Source of the DNA: Octopus bimaculoides
Lineage: Eukaryota
NCBI RefSeq assembly: GCF_001194135.2
Contig: NC_068990.1
Location: forward strand, 16,961,634-17,025,633
Length of the DNA stretch: 64,000 nt
Direction of reading: 5' to 3'
The position numbers were made by a program, and so were the translations under genes. Of the stretch, positions 38,394-50,633 are shown in pieces. Below the pieces are notes generated by a model. The model saw only the letters and a list, made by a program, of their open reading frames with translations. It ran no database searches and was not told the origin of the DNA. How positions within the stretch are numbered: the stretch's first letter is position 1; each line of letters begins with the position of its first letter.

Positions 38394-38697
38394 AACACAT
38401 GTATACATATGTGTAGACACACATATCGACACATGCATACGCACACACACAAACACACACACAAATATATATACGCCAAAACATGCAGATATACATACAA
38501 GCATATATATACACACACGCACCAGTACACATGTACATACGCATACACACATGCACACTTTATATGTAACCACCGCAAGGTAAAGATATGTGTATATGTA
38601 AACAAAACTCTGAGCAACATTTGGGATCAAAGATGGCGGTAAAAAGTTAAAAATAAAATTTTTAGTATATGTAAATATGTGTGTGCGCGCGCAGGTG

Positions 38698-38698
<1 letters not shown>

Positions 38699-38771
<73 letters not shown>
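38699..38771. repeat. (GATA)n microsatellite
   Basis: Read directly. Confidence 0.95.
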
Positions 38772-38926
38772 TCCGAATTAGATAGTCAACGGCAAAACAT
38801 GAAATAGACTGTCAACTATTGTTTGGTAAAATACCTGTTCACAAGTTCCAACGTATTGAGTTCCACATCAGATGAAGTTTGCTCTCTATATTTTACACAT
38901 TTTAAAATTCTTGAGTTATCACACAC

Positions 38927-38971
<45 letters not shown>

Positions 38972-39030
38972 AAATTGTCTTGCTTGGAAACAGATGAGTG
39001 TTGGCGACAGGAAGGGATTCTAAGAACCTC

Positions 39031-39208
39031 CGGTTCAGAGAACAAGGTGTTATCATTCCTTTTTTCTCCTCCTTTGTACGGCCACTCCTCGAATTCTGCT
39101 GCCCCCTGTGGTCTCCCCATACAAAACAAAACATTTCGAAAATTGAATCACCCCAGAGGTTATTCACAAAAAGAGGTAAGGGCATGAGTGATCTCGATAA
39201 TTGGGACC
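39031..39208 (+). mobile_element. CR1-clade LINE fragment, same family as 18860-19490
   Basis: FVRPLLEFCCPLWSPHTKQNISKIESPQRLFTKRGKGMSDLDNWD; runs into an N gap. Confidence 0.8.
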
Positions 39209-39510
39209 NNNNNNNNNNNNNNNNNNNNNNNNNNNNNNNNNNNNNNNNNNNNNNNNNNNNNNNNNNNNNNNNNNNNNNNNNNNNNNNNNNNNNNNNNNNN
39301 NNNNNNNNNNNNNNNNNNNNNNNNNNNNNNNNNNNNNNNNNNNNNNNNNNNNNNNNNNNNNNNNNNNNNNNNNNNNNNNNNNNNNNNNNNNNNNNNNNNN
39401 NNNNNNNNNNNNNNNNNNNNNNNNNNNNNNNNNNNNNNNNNNNNNNNNNNNNNNNNNNNNNNNNNNNNNNNNNNNNNNNNNNNNNNNNNNNNNNNNNNNN
39501 NNNNNNNNNN

Positions 39511-39569
<59 letters not shown>

Positions 39570-40759
39570 TGTTAGCTGCAACAACCATAAACATTAGGCA
39601 TTGAGTACTGTTTGAAACTTCTCCCTTGCATCTATTAACACTACACTACACATACGCACGTCTGTGAATGTATGCTCATTGTTTACGTGATATATAGCAT
39701 ATGACACTCTTAATAATTCTTGACTCTTCAAATATTACGTAGGCTCTTGTGAGAAGAAGGCGGCAAAATTGAAAGATTGGACGAATTCCAAGGATTCTAA
39801 TACTTAAACACCGTTATTCCTTGTAATGTAATTAAAATACCTTGCTATTGTTATTTTCTTATTAAGAATATGCTTTTCTATTATAGCTACAAAACCTGAA
39901 ATTTTGGAGGGAGAGGTATAGTCGATTACATCGACCCCAGTGCTCAACTAGTATTTACTTTATATCGCTCTGGAAAAGATGAAACGTATGTTGACGTCGG
40001 TGGAATTTGAGTTCAGAATGTGGGGAAAAAAAAAAAAAAAATCACAGGGCATTTTGCACAGCGCTCTAACAATTCTGTCAACCCACACAGTTAGTATCAA
40101 AGTTCGTCCACAAACACTAGATACGACAGGAAAGAAAAGTGGACAAGATTGCCTACTAGATTTGAACCATGTAGCCGTCGAATGCCGTTCAACTACGATA
40201 ACCATCACAACCAAAGCAACTCGCCACTCTCTGCCATCTGTAAACACATCGCTGGACCAGCTACCGTTGTTTATATGCATTTATCACACAAACTTCTTTC
40301 GTTATTTTGATAGCATCTTAACCTCCAACGGAGAGGTCGTCTGGTTGTTGTCAACACAGCCTGGTTTCATACCAGATACCTCCATGCTGGCTGAAACTAT
40401 CCCAGAATATAAACGTAATATAATATATACGGTTAAGATTTAAGTATATTCCCAATTACTTAAGTATTTGCCCTCCAGACGTGAACTTAACTGTTCCGAT
40501 TCAATCTGAGAGAGAAACGTAAAGTTATTTCGCTCCAGACGAGCTTCTGAAAGTAAAAACTTAATTCAGATGAGTTCACCTCAGGATTTAATATTCAAAT
40601 GATAAGCATATTTTAATTTCAGATATTTACATATATTGGCTGCACCACTGAGTAGTGATCTGCTTTCATCATCCAAAAGGCGTGTCTGCATTAATTTTGA
40701 GGATGTATAGTCGAGAGTTATACAAAAAAATTACTGTGAATATGAAAGACCAGTAGAAT

Positions 40760-41445
40760 CAGTGGTGGTTCTTGTATAGGCACTGCGGAACTGCAGCACC
40801 CCCTATTTCCACTCGATATTATCGATAACATTCAATATAATAAGCCCTTTTTTTCTTTAATTCTTTCTTTATACTTGTACATTATATAATCCTTAAGTTT
40901 AATGTCAGTAGCCATCTCGTAGTTTATGAAAAAAATACAAAATTCCTTGTATAGAACTGTGCGCTTCATAGTTCCAGTGTCGCGGTGTTTGGCTGTTGTG
41001 TGCATGCTCACATGTCGGAGATAGGAAGCGTCACGCTTAGGAGAGAGAGCACTACGTGAACGACAGTGCCGACCCCGGTGTTCCGGTGAAAGGTAATGTT
41101 TCTTTTTGACTCCGCGTGTGTTGTGCTTAAAAACGTGTTTGTATTCTTGAATGTGATAAAGTGTAGAATTAGATTATTATCCTGCTTCCAGCTTCAGTGT
41201 TGCTGCCAGGATTTGAAAAATAGGGCACATTTCCCTGCCTTATTTTGTGATTTAGAGGAGATTTTTGAAAAACAAGGGGGAATTCGTGGCGACGTTCAGT
41301 GGACAAATTAAACACACTCGGCAGTATCAAGTTTATGTATAAATTTTCTTCTTAAATGTTTTTCCTCTTTTACACAATATTAAAACAACGGCTAAAAAAT
41401 TTCTGAAGCAGCTCCCCAACTCATTTTATCTACGAGCCGCCACTG
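40760..41445. mobile_element. Non-autonomous DNA transposon with CAGTGGCGG-type TIRs (hAT-like)
   Basis: Left cagtggtggttcttgta; right tctacgagccgccactg. The 8-bp flanks agtagaat / cgcagaac are a possible decayed TSD. Confidence 0.5.
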
Positions 41446-42307
41446 CGCAGAACAGACGCTTAATCTTTAATTTTTACGGTGGCTTTAAGACGATGAAATC
41501 AATTCAGTCTTTGAGAGAAAACCTGGATTTTTGCTTTATAAAAGACGCTTAAGTTGATTTCACAGTCATATGTTTATTCTAATGTTATTACATTCTAATT
41601 TCTTAGTTTGATATTTAAAACGAATTTTCTCCAGGTATGGCTGTATGGCTAACAAGTTCGCTTCGCAATCAGGGGGTTTCCTATTCAGTCCCATTGCACG
41701 GCACCTCGGGCAAAGGCCTTCTATTATAGTTTGGGACGACCAATGCCTTGTGAATGAATCTGGCAGGCGAAAACTTCGAAAAGCCTGTCATGTGTGTTCA
41801 TCACACCAACACTTGACAACAGGTGTTCGTTTTTATGTTCCCTCGTAACCTAGCGGTTCGACAAAGAAGAGCCAATAAAATAAATGCCAGACCAAGAAGA
41901 AAAAAAAGAGGATTTGGATCGATTTGTTCGACTAAACACTACAGAGTGGTACTACAGTATGATCTACCAACTCCAGCATACATTCCCCCACCCCCCAGAA
42001 CACAAATAATGTTCATTGTGGTCTCATTTGATTACGGATTACCCACAACTCAATACATCTATAGCTATCTAAATGTATAATAAAACGGAAGATGTGTGTG
42101 TGTGTGTGTGTGTGTGTGTTTACAGACCTTTTTCTTGATCCCCCTTAAAGTCAATATTTTTCATCCAATTTCGTTCACGCTGGGAACATACATCATATAG
42201 ACTTGTAGTGAAACTACCTATCGCCATTAGATACAAAACTGCTATCGCCATTCTTCTCATTTAAATATAAACAAGCGCGAGCGTAGCGGAAAACATCAAC
42301 CTTGTCA

Positions 42308-42470
42308 TCACGTGACTGATCATTATTCGAATCGCCAGAACGCAAACTGACCAATCACAGCCCTTAATAAGGTCACGTGATAGAGTATTTTTCTGAAGCC
42401 TTCGGGAGCCGATAATTCGCTATAAATAGATCAACTCATACCCAGCAAATTTGTCTCGGTTCAGTTTCTC
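42308..42470 (+). promoter_or_regulatory. Candidate Pol II promoter: E-box, CCAAT, E-box, TATA
   Basis: TCACGTGA at 42308-42315, GACCAATCAC (CCAAT at 42351-42355), GTCACGTGA at 42372-42380, TATAAATA at 42421-42428 and TCAGTT at 42461-42466, all in CpG-retaining unique sequence. Confidence 0.45.
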
Positions 42471-43798
42471 TTTGAGATCTGTTCCGTGTACCACACGACA
42501 GCAGCAGTAGCGGCAGCCAGCGACACATCANNNNNNNNNNNNNNNNNNNNNNNNNNNNNNNNNNNNNNNNNNNNNNNNNNNNNNNNNNNNNNNNNNNNNN
42601 NNNNNNNNNNNNNNNNNNNNNNNNNNNNNNNNNNNNNNNNNNNNNNNNNNNNNNNNNNNNNNNNNNNNNNNNNNNNNNNNNNNNNNNNNNNNNNNNNNNN
42701 NNNNNNNNNNNNNNNNNNNNNNNNNNNNNNNNNNNNNNNNNNNNNNNNNNNNNNNNNNNNNNNNNNNNNNNNNNNNNNNNNNNNNNNNNNNNNNNNNNNN
42801 NNNNNNNNNNNNNNNNNNNNNNNNNNNNNNNNNNNNNNNNNNNNNNNNNNNNNNNNNNNNNNNNNNNNNNNNNNNNNNNNNNNNNNNNNNNNNNNNNNNN
42901 NNNNNNNNNNNNNNNNNNNNNNNNNNNNNNNNNNNNNNNNNNNNNNNNNNNNNNNNNNNNNNNNNNNNNNNNNNNNNNNAACTAGTGATCAGCTCTGCCA
43001 CACACAGCCTCCACTCCTTTCACATACAGACTCTTCCAATTGTGTACTCAAGAACTGGTATAAATGCTCACGTGTTACTGACTCTTTCTATCTGCTGTAA
43101 TATCTCACATACACATACATGTATCACTCACATACACACTTTTCTTTGTATGACGGCCTGTCTTTTATTATGTTCTTATATGTCGCATTCACACTCTCAC
43201 ATACACATACGTCTTTAACGCTACAATAAATATTTCTGTTATTCATCTTATACGGTTGTGGTCTTTCATTACTGGTCATCTATGTTATCGTAGTATAACA
43301 TATTATATGTATATCATCTTTGATATATTATTTTGTGTTCGACCGTGTGACACGTTTAAAGAAAAGGAGTCCTTGTTTTTTCCATTCGTCACCATTTCTC
43401 CTTTTCGAGTTCGCACGGTCGTCCTTACAGACTCTTCAAATTTTCTATATAATGAGTAATGCCGCTCCTAGTTCAAATATAAAACATAAAAATAAAAAGA
43501 GACAAGGGGTCCCTGCCTTGCTATGGGGCTCATTGGATGTTTCAGCCCTAAATTTAGTTGCTCTATAGTAAGGAAAACTAATGGATGGCTCGCCCCTTCA
43601 CCATTTTTTTTTTAATGTTAAAACAAATGGTTTAGAGGTCTCTACATTAAACAATGTGACGCTGACACATACAACCTCCAACTGAAAACCCCTTACTGTA
43701 GCATTAATTTAGACGAGGTATAACAGGAAGTTTGGAGCTTATATTTATAGATATATATGTCTATCTCTTTACCTTCTTTCTCCTAATTCCCTCTCTGG

Positions 43799-43838
<40 letters not shown>

Positions 43839-44639
43839 TTATTTCACGTTGTCACACGCACAGATAAACAAACATACACTCTTAGACTTTATACAAATAG
43901 AAGTTGCACACACATTCCAAAACCGTAAATTACACAAACACACGAATGTAGAAATAGTTCTTTACACATGGTCATTTACTGATTGTTAACAAACTCAAGC
44001 TGTTACGAGTACTCTCAAAACACACACGCGCACTTGTATCTACACACACACACACACACCCATTAGATAATAAAACGAATGGTTTATATCTGGTAGCCTA
44101 CTGGTAAAACACGGTTTATTTAAATAAACCCTCGATTCAATAGCACTGTGTGTAATCTCTATACTTGGAATGATCAATTTTAAATACTATTGGGATTTAC
44201 TCACAAGGTATTGGAATCTTATATGTAAACCATTCTGCCTAAATAATGGATCTACAAATGCAATATCCCTGCGTATCTCACATCTATTTTTATTCTTCCA
44301 CTTCACTCTCTATTTCATATCTTATCTAAATTAACTATTACTTAACNNNNNNNNNNNNNNNNNNNNNNNNNNNNNNNNNNNNNNNNNNNNNNNNNNNNNN
44401 NNNNNNNNNNNNNNNNNNNNNNNNNNNNNNNNNNNNNNNNNNNNNNTTCATATCAACAATAATATTGATATGGCGAACGAACGAGCTCTGGTAATCTCAG
44501 AACTTTCCGGTCCAGGGTTCGAGATATCCTCCTAGTATTTATTTTTCTGCCTCTCCTTAACAGAACTCGGATGTCAATGACAAAGACAATAAATAAATAA
44601 ATAAACAAATAAATAAAAACTGGTATTAAATTTAAATTT

Positions 44640-44979
44640 ATAGCGGCGAGGTGGCACAATGGTTAGCACGCTGGGCGAAATGCTTAGCGGTATTTCGTCT
44701 GTCTTTATGTTCTGAGTTCAAATTCCACCGAGGTCGACTTTGCCTTTCATCCTTTTGGAGTCGATAAATTAAGTACCAGTTACGTACTGGTTCGATCTAA
44801 TTGACTGACCTGCTTCCCCAAAATTTCGGGCCTTTTGCTTAGAGTAGAAAAGAATCGTTACCTGCTTAACGGCATTTCGTCCGATTTTAAGCTCTGAGTT
44901 CAAATGCCGCCGGGGTCGACTTTACCTTTGATCGGTTTGGGGTCGATAAAATAAGTACCAGTTGAGCACTGGGGTCGAT
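44640..44979 (+). mobile_element. SINE family A, two tandem copies
   Basis: Two successive ctgagttcaaat..c.ccg.ggtcgacttt.cctt...ggtcgataaa.taagtaccagtt blocks. Confidence 0.8.
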
Positions 44980-45622
44980 NNNNNNNNNNNNNNNNNNNNN
45001 NNNNNNNNNNNNNNNNNNNNNNNNNNNNNNNNNNNNNNNNNNNNNNNNNNNNNNNNNNNNNNNNNNNNNNNNNNNNNNNNNNNNNNNNNNNNNNNNNNNN
45101 NNNNNNNNNNNNNNNNNNNNNNNNNNNNNNNNNNNNNNNNNNNNNNNNNNNNNNNNNNNNNNNNNNNNNNNNNNNNNNNNNNNNNNNNNNNNNNNNNNNN
45201 NNNNNNNNNNNNNNNNNNNNNNNNNNNNNNNNNNNNNNNNNNNNNNNNNNNNNNNNNNNNNNNNNNNNNNNNNNNNNNNNNNNNNNNNNNNNNNNNNNNN
45301 NNNNNNNNNNNNNNNNNNNNNNNNNNNNNNNNNNNNNNNNNNNNNNNNNNNNNNNNNNNNNNNNNNNNNNNNNNNNNNNNNNNNNNNNNNNNNNNNNNNN
45401 NNNNNNNNNNNNNTACACAACAACCTGAGCAAGTGTCATCTGCTATGTTCCCGGACTGTTGAATGCTTTAAAAGTGAATTCAGTGAACAGAAACTTTATG
45501 TATGTGTGTGCGTGTGATTTATTGATGAAAGAAAACGTCTCCAACGTAATCAATCATTAGGCAGAATTGAACTTTTGGAATAATACTATGATTTATAAAA
45601 TGTTTATAAACATTTATATACC

Positions 45623-45658
<36 letters not shown>

Positions 45659-46558
45659 TCCCTTTCTCCCTCTCCCTTATATGTGTGAGTGTGTGTCTGT
45701 GGTAAATGAAAGACGGAAGATGGAATATATGAGAATTTTTATCATTAATCACAAGGAGGCGAGCTGGCAGAATCGTTAGCACGCTGGACGAAATGCTTAC
45801 CAGTATTTCGTCCATTATTGCGTTCTGACTTCAAATTCCGCCGGGGTCGATTTTGCTTTTCGGGGTCAATTAAATAATTACCAGTTACGCAGTGAGGTCG
45901 ATGTAACCGCCTTAATCCTTTCCCCAAAATTTGGGGCCTTGTAGAAAGGATTATTAATCATGACAATTGTTTCAACACATCTAGCATGAATCCCTCACGG
46001 GTGGGACACTTAACAACTGGTTCAGGAGCATCCGGTGGTGCAGATATCTCATCGGGTGACAAACAGATACAACTCGTTAAAGTAACTGTTCAGCAATGTA
46101 TCTTCTCATTTCGTAGAGAGAAAAGCAGCAAAACGAAAGAAATATCGCCATCCACATAGAAGATCAAAAACAAAACCACAGATGCAAAACAAAAACTAAG
46201 ACACAACACAGCGAGAAAAGTACCAAAAATAACCATTAACAGATATGGAAACACACACACACACACATANNNNNNNNNNNNNNNNNNNNNNNNNNNNNNN
46301 NNNNNNNNNNNNNNNNNNNNNNNNNNNNNNNNNNNNNNNNNNNNNNNNNNNNNNNNNNNNNNNNNNNNNNNNNNNNNNNNNNNNNNNNNNNNNNNNNNNN
46401 NNNNNNNNNNNNNNNNNNNNNNNNNNNNNNNNNNNNNNNNNNNNNNNNNNNNNNNNNNNNNNNNNNNNNNNNNNNNNNNNNNNNNNNNNNNNNNNNNNNN
46501 NNNNNNNNNNNNNNNNACACACACACACAAACACACACACACACACACAAACACACAA

Positions 46559-46591
<33 letters not shown>

Positions 46592-48468
46592 CACAAACAC
46601 ACAAACACACACACACACACAAACATCACGTTTGCTTCTGACATTTGCAGCTGAACGAATAGGCCATGGTCCCTGGTGCCAGAGGTCAGGGAACAGATGT
46701 GGTGTTACTTTGGTACAACCACCAGACTCCTCTCCCCACCCCTCTCCTCACCGGATGTTCCCAATTTGTTTCTTGGTAACGTCAAATAATTTCTTTTTCT
46801 AATTTTGGCACAAGGCGAGCAATTTTGAGGGGAGGGAAAGGGGCACGTCGATTACATCGACCCCTGAACTTGACTGGTACTGGTACTTTATTGTATCGAA
46901 CCTGAAAAGGTGAACGGCTAAGTTGACCTCAGCGGAATTTGAACTCAGAACATAAAGAGGCGGAAGACATACTACAAGGTATTTTTCCAACGTTCTTTCT
47001 ACCAGCTCGCTACCCTTTTAGATTGTTAATTTAAACACAAAGCCAGCAATTTTGAGGGGAGGGGCAGTCATTATCATTAACTCCAGTTCTTAATTTTAGC
47101 GAATCCAGAAGAATGACCTCGGTGCAGGGCTGGATTAACCCATATATACCCCTGGTTGCGTTTTTGCAACGCAAAACCTTCTCCTACTTATTTGGACATG
47201 AACTTGCTGGGAAGCATCTGACTGAACATACGAAATGTTCAGTAGGTTGTCGACACCCGTAGCTAACACTTGCATACTGTCCTTCTCTTCAGATTGTGAA
47301 AGCTTACCATAACGTTTAATCTAAATACAGAGAAATCTTAAGACTTCATTATTTTCATGGACATATATGGGTTTAGCAAAATATGCAAGTGCTTAGGGCC
47401 TCAAGGGAAGGGAAGCACTATAGAAATGGGAAATGGTTTATGGCACAAAAGAAATCACTTTCAACCTGCTAAAATAGTATTCGAAGTGGTTTATATGATC
47501 GGAAATACAACTTCGAAGTGTTCACAGTGTCTTATTGAAGATCAGCTCAAAGATTTTGTAATTAAAAAAAGTAAAAGAAAACTTTTCGAATATAAATAAG
47601 GTAGAAGTATACAAAAATAAACATTATTTTCCATCTTGCTATTAGTTTTGTTTCATTTTGAAAAATAAAAATTTATTTTGTGGATTATCTCTTTCTACAT
47701 AAAATTCTTTGTCTGTCCTGTCTGTCTGTTCCCTATGCATTCTCAAAAAAACTCCACCAAATCAAATCAAATTTTACAAGGTAAATAGTATTACACTACG
47801 CGAGTCTCAATATGTAATTTTTATTTTCATTCGGATTGAAACAGTATAACATTTTCTCGAAAATAATCTTTCTATAGCCAAGTATAGTAACGGATATTCT
47901 ATACCACGACGATGATGACGTCACATTTTGTATATGAATGTGTATGTATCTGTGAGTGTGTGTCTGTATGCTCGTTTGTTACGTACGAGATAGTAAAGGA
48001 CATTTTATACCACGACAACGACGACGTCACATCTCTATCATTATCTCTTCAATCTGTCTAGTGTTTACTATTGTAACGATGTCTGGTACCAAAAAAGTTA
48101 TTATAGCTACTTTCATTATTTACAGTCTTCTGTACAGGTGTATTTGCGTACACCAACACATAAACAAAGTGTACAATATTTGCATACGATATCTCTATTA
48201 CATCTACATTCATTCGACTGCCAGCCAAACGATGGGTCATGTTAGACGCTCCTACAACTGCCACAAAAGAGAGTATTATCCACTGACAGCTTTTTGGTGC
48301 GTTCAAAAATCACTTACCCGCAAACCCAATTTTCCATGACAGGTTAGGGCCTGGATTCCTCTAGACGGACGTATGACATATCACTTAGTCGAATTAGCCT
48401 ATTATTTACTCCACAATTGTTTTGTCGTCGATGCTTCACCTTCCCGTATCACCTGTTTCAACACAACT

Positions 48469-48515
<47 letters not shown>

Positions 48516-49372
48516 CGTGAGAGAGTTAGGGGTTGGGGGTTTATATATACAAATTATGCCGTTTTAATCCCGAGCAACGCCGAGTATCTCTGCTAATTGT
48601 TTATATTTTGAACTACATATATATAGAGGCACCAAAATCCTTTAAGTACTTAGGGCCTCGATGGATCTCAATCCGGGCCCGCTTCTGCGAGACTTGAACC
48701 CAGACTGTAAACTAAATATTTAACTAACATGAAAACCTCGAGTACACAACACACACACACGTATGTATTGTTTAAACCAGTGTTTCTCAACCATTTATGA
48801 AACTCTCTGATTCCTATTCTATTCGAATGGGTCTTCAAAGTCATTCGATGTTTAAAAATCCTATTATATTTTGATAATCAGATATTCTTAGGAATTTTAT
48901 TTTTAAACCTTGTTAAAATATTTGGTGCATTGCAGAAGTATAGCCAATTCATTGTACACAAATTTTAAGAAAATCTTATATGGACCCGCAATGGACATGT
49001 GAACTCTGATTCAGAATTACCAGTCTAAACTAACCTAGGAAGTCCAGCAACCCGCCCATCGAATATCAAAGAGGTCCTTGGTAATATCCTTGCGTTATAA
49101 TGGTCTTCGGGGTTTTGCGCGCAGTATCAGAGACTTCAACTAAGCAACGTTTGTTTGTACTGCTTTCTACTTCACTAAACACCTAATGCCACTCCTTCCC
49201 TGCCACTCTCTTTGGTATTATTTTCGATGCATGTACTTAGATAAATTTATTTCCACGGTAATGGGAAAATCCTGTATTATCCAATCTACCAAGTTGCAAC
49301 GGATGGGCTTCCATACATTGCTCACAAAAATCTCACATGAAGCTGCAACCAATTAATAACTATTTCACAAAT

Positions 49373-49583
49373 TCAATTAACGAAATTACTGGATTTTACG
49401 ACATCGATTAACAAAACTGTGATTCTACGAGTCCAGTTAATGATATCATGAGATTTGACGAATTCGGTTAACGAAATTATGGACTTTACCAGTTCGTTAA
49501 CAAAATCATGTGGTTTTTACGAGTTCAGTTAACGATATGATGGGATTTTACGACATCTGTTAATAAAATTACGAGTTTTCACC
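49373..49583. repeat. Degenerate ~30-bp minisatellite, about 7 units
   Basis: Units approximate cagttaacgaaatyatgrgattttacgagtt. Confidence 0.7.
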
Positions 49584-49799
49584 ATTGTCACTTGTGATGC
49601 TTGTTCGCTTTTTAAGACACAAAACTGCTTGTTAACCATTATAATTAGTTGTCTAGCACCTAATATGGCAAATTTATGAATCAGCCATTAAAATTAAAAT
49701 ATTAAGTGCTTCGATTTCATGTTTGAATGGATGAAACATAGACATGGTACCTAGTTACCTCGAGGTAAAATAGGGCGAGATGGCAAGACCGGCTCACAA

Positions 49800-50070
49800 A
49801 CAAAGCCTCGTGGGAACAGACGAGTCAGCAACCTTCTGAAACCCCAGTCAAGAGGAGGAAATGAGGGTTGGATGAGACATATCCTACGGAAACCTGTTTC
49901 CAACATTACAAGGCAACCCAACGAGAGACGGAAGTATCTCAGACCAAAATCAATATGGAGAAGGCTCACAAAAATTGAAGAACTGGCGGGCATATCTATA
50001 CCATGGGACAAAGATCGAGAGAAGCTGGAGATCTCTTATTTGCGCTCCATGCTCGAGCAGAAGATGAAAG
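49800..50070 (+). mobile_element. RTE-clade LINE 3' fragment followed by a purine-rich low-complexity tract
   Basis: GWMRHILRKPVSNITRQ-PNERRKYLRPKSIWRR...W.KDR resembles the RTE C-terminus W.GH.LRKP...ITRQAL.WNP.G.R.RGRPK.TWRR. The remainder of ORF 49872-50321 is a GAA-rich tract. Confidence 0.65.
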
Positions 50071-50570
50071 AAGACGAAGGAAAAATAGAAAAACAAAAAG
50101 ATGCAGAAACAAGAAGAAAGAAGAAGATGAAGGAGAGGAAAGAGACTTCTTTCTTCGGAGAGAAGAGGAAGGAAGAAGACAAAAAAGATAAAAGAGACAA
50201 AGCTGACGAAGACGAAAGAAAGAAAAAGAAAGGGGAGCTACTAGAGTTAAGATTTGATCCGGCAGGCGTAATATATCAACAAGGTCGTGTGCAGATCTGT
50301 TTTTACATATTACAAAGGTGAAGTCAGCTAATTTTCTGAAAAAAGAGAAAAGCTCTTTTATCTATTTTGGTTTATTACACCGAAAGCAGCTGAGCACATG
50401 TTTCTCCTCAGCAGAAGTTCTTTTCTGTAAATATCAAAACGCATTGACCCTAATTTTATTCAGACGTTGAGAGTTTTTAGTCACTGCTCGAAAACGTCGG
50501 TTTCTCCTTTCCAAATATGTACGTGCGTAATCTAGATGGATGAATGTGCGTGTGTGTGTGTGTGTGTGTA

Positions 50571-50633
<63 letters not shown>

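Noticed and set aside
38902-39023. Poly-Q / poly-A ORFs from a (CAG)n tract
   Set aside because: The tract directly follows (CA)n, has no splice context and adjoins SINE and CR1 debris.
49872-50321. 149-aa Lys/Glu-rich ORF as a host gene
   Set aside because: The N-terminal part is a decayed RTE C-terminus and the rest is GAA-rich low complexity.
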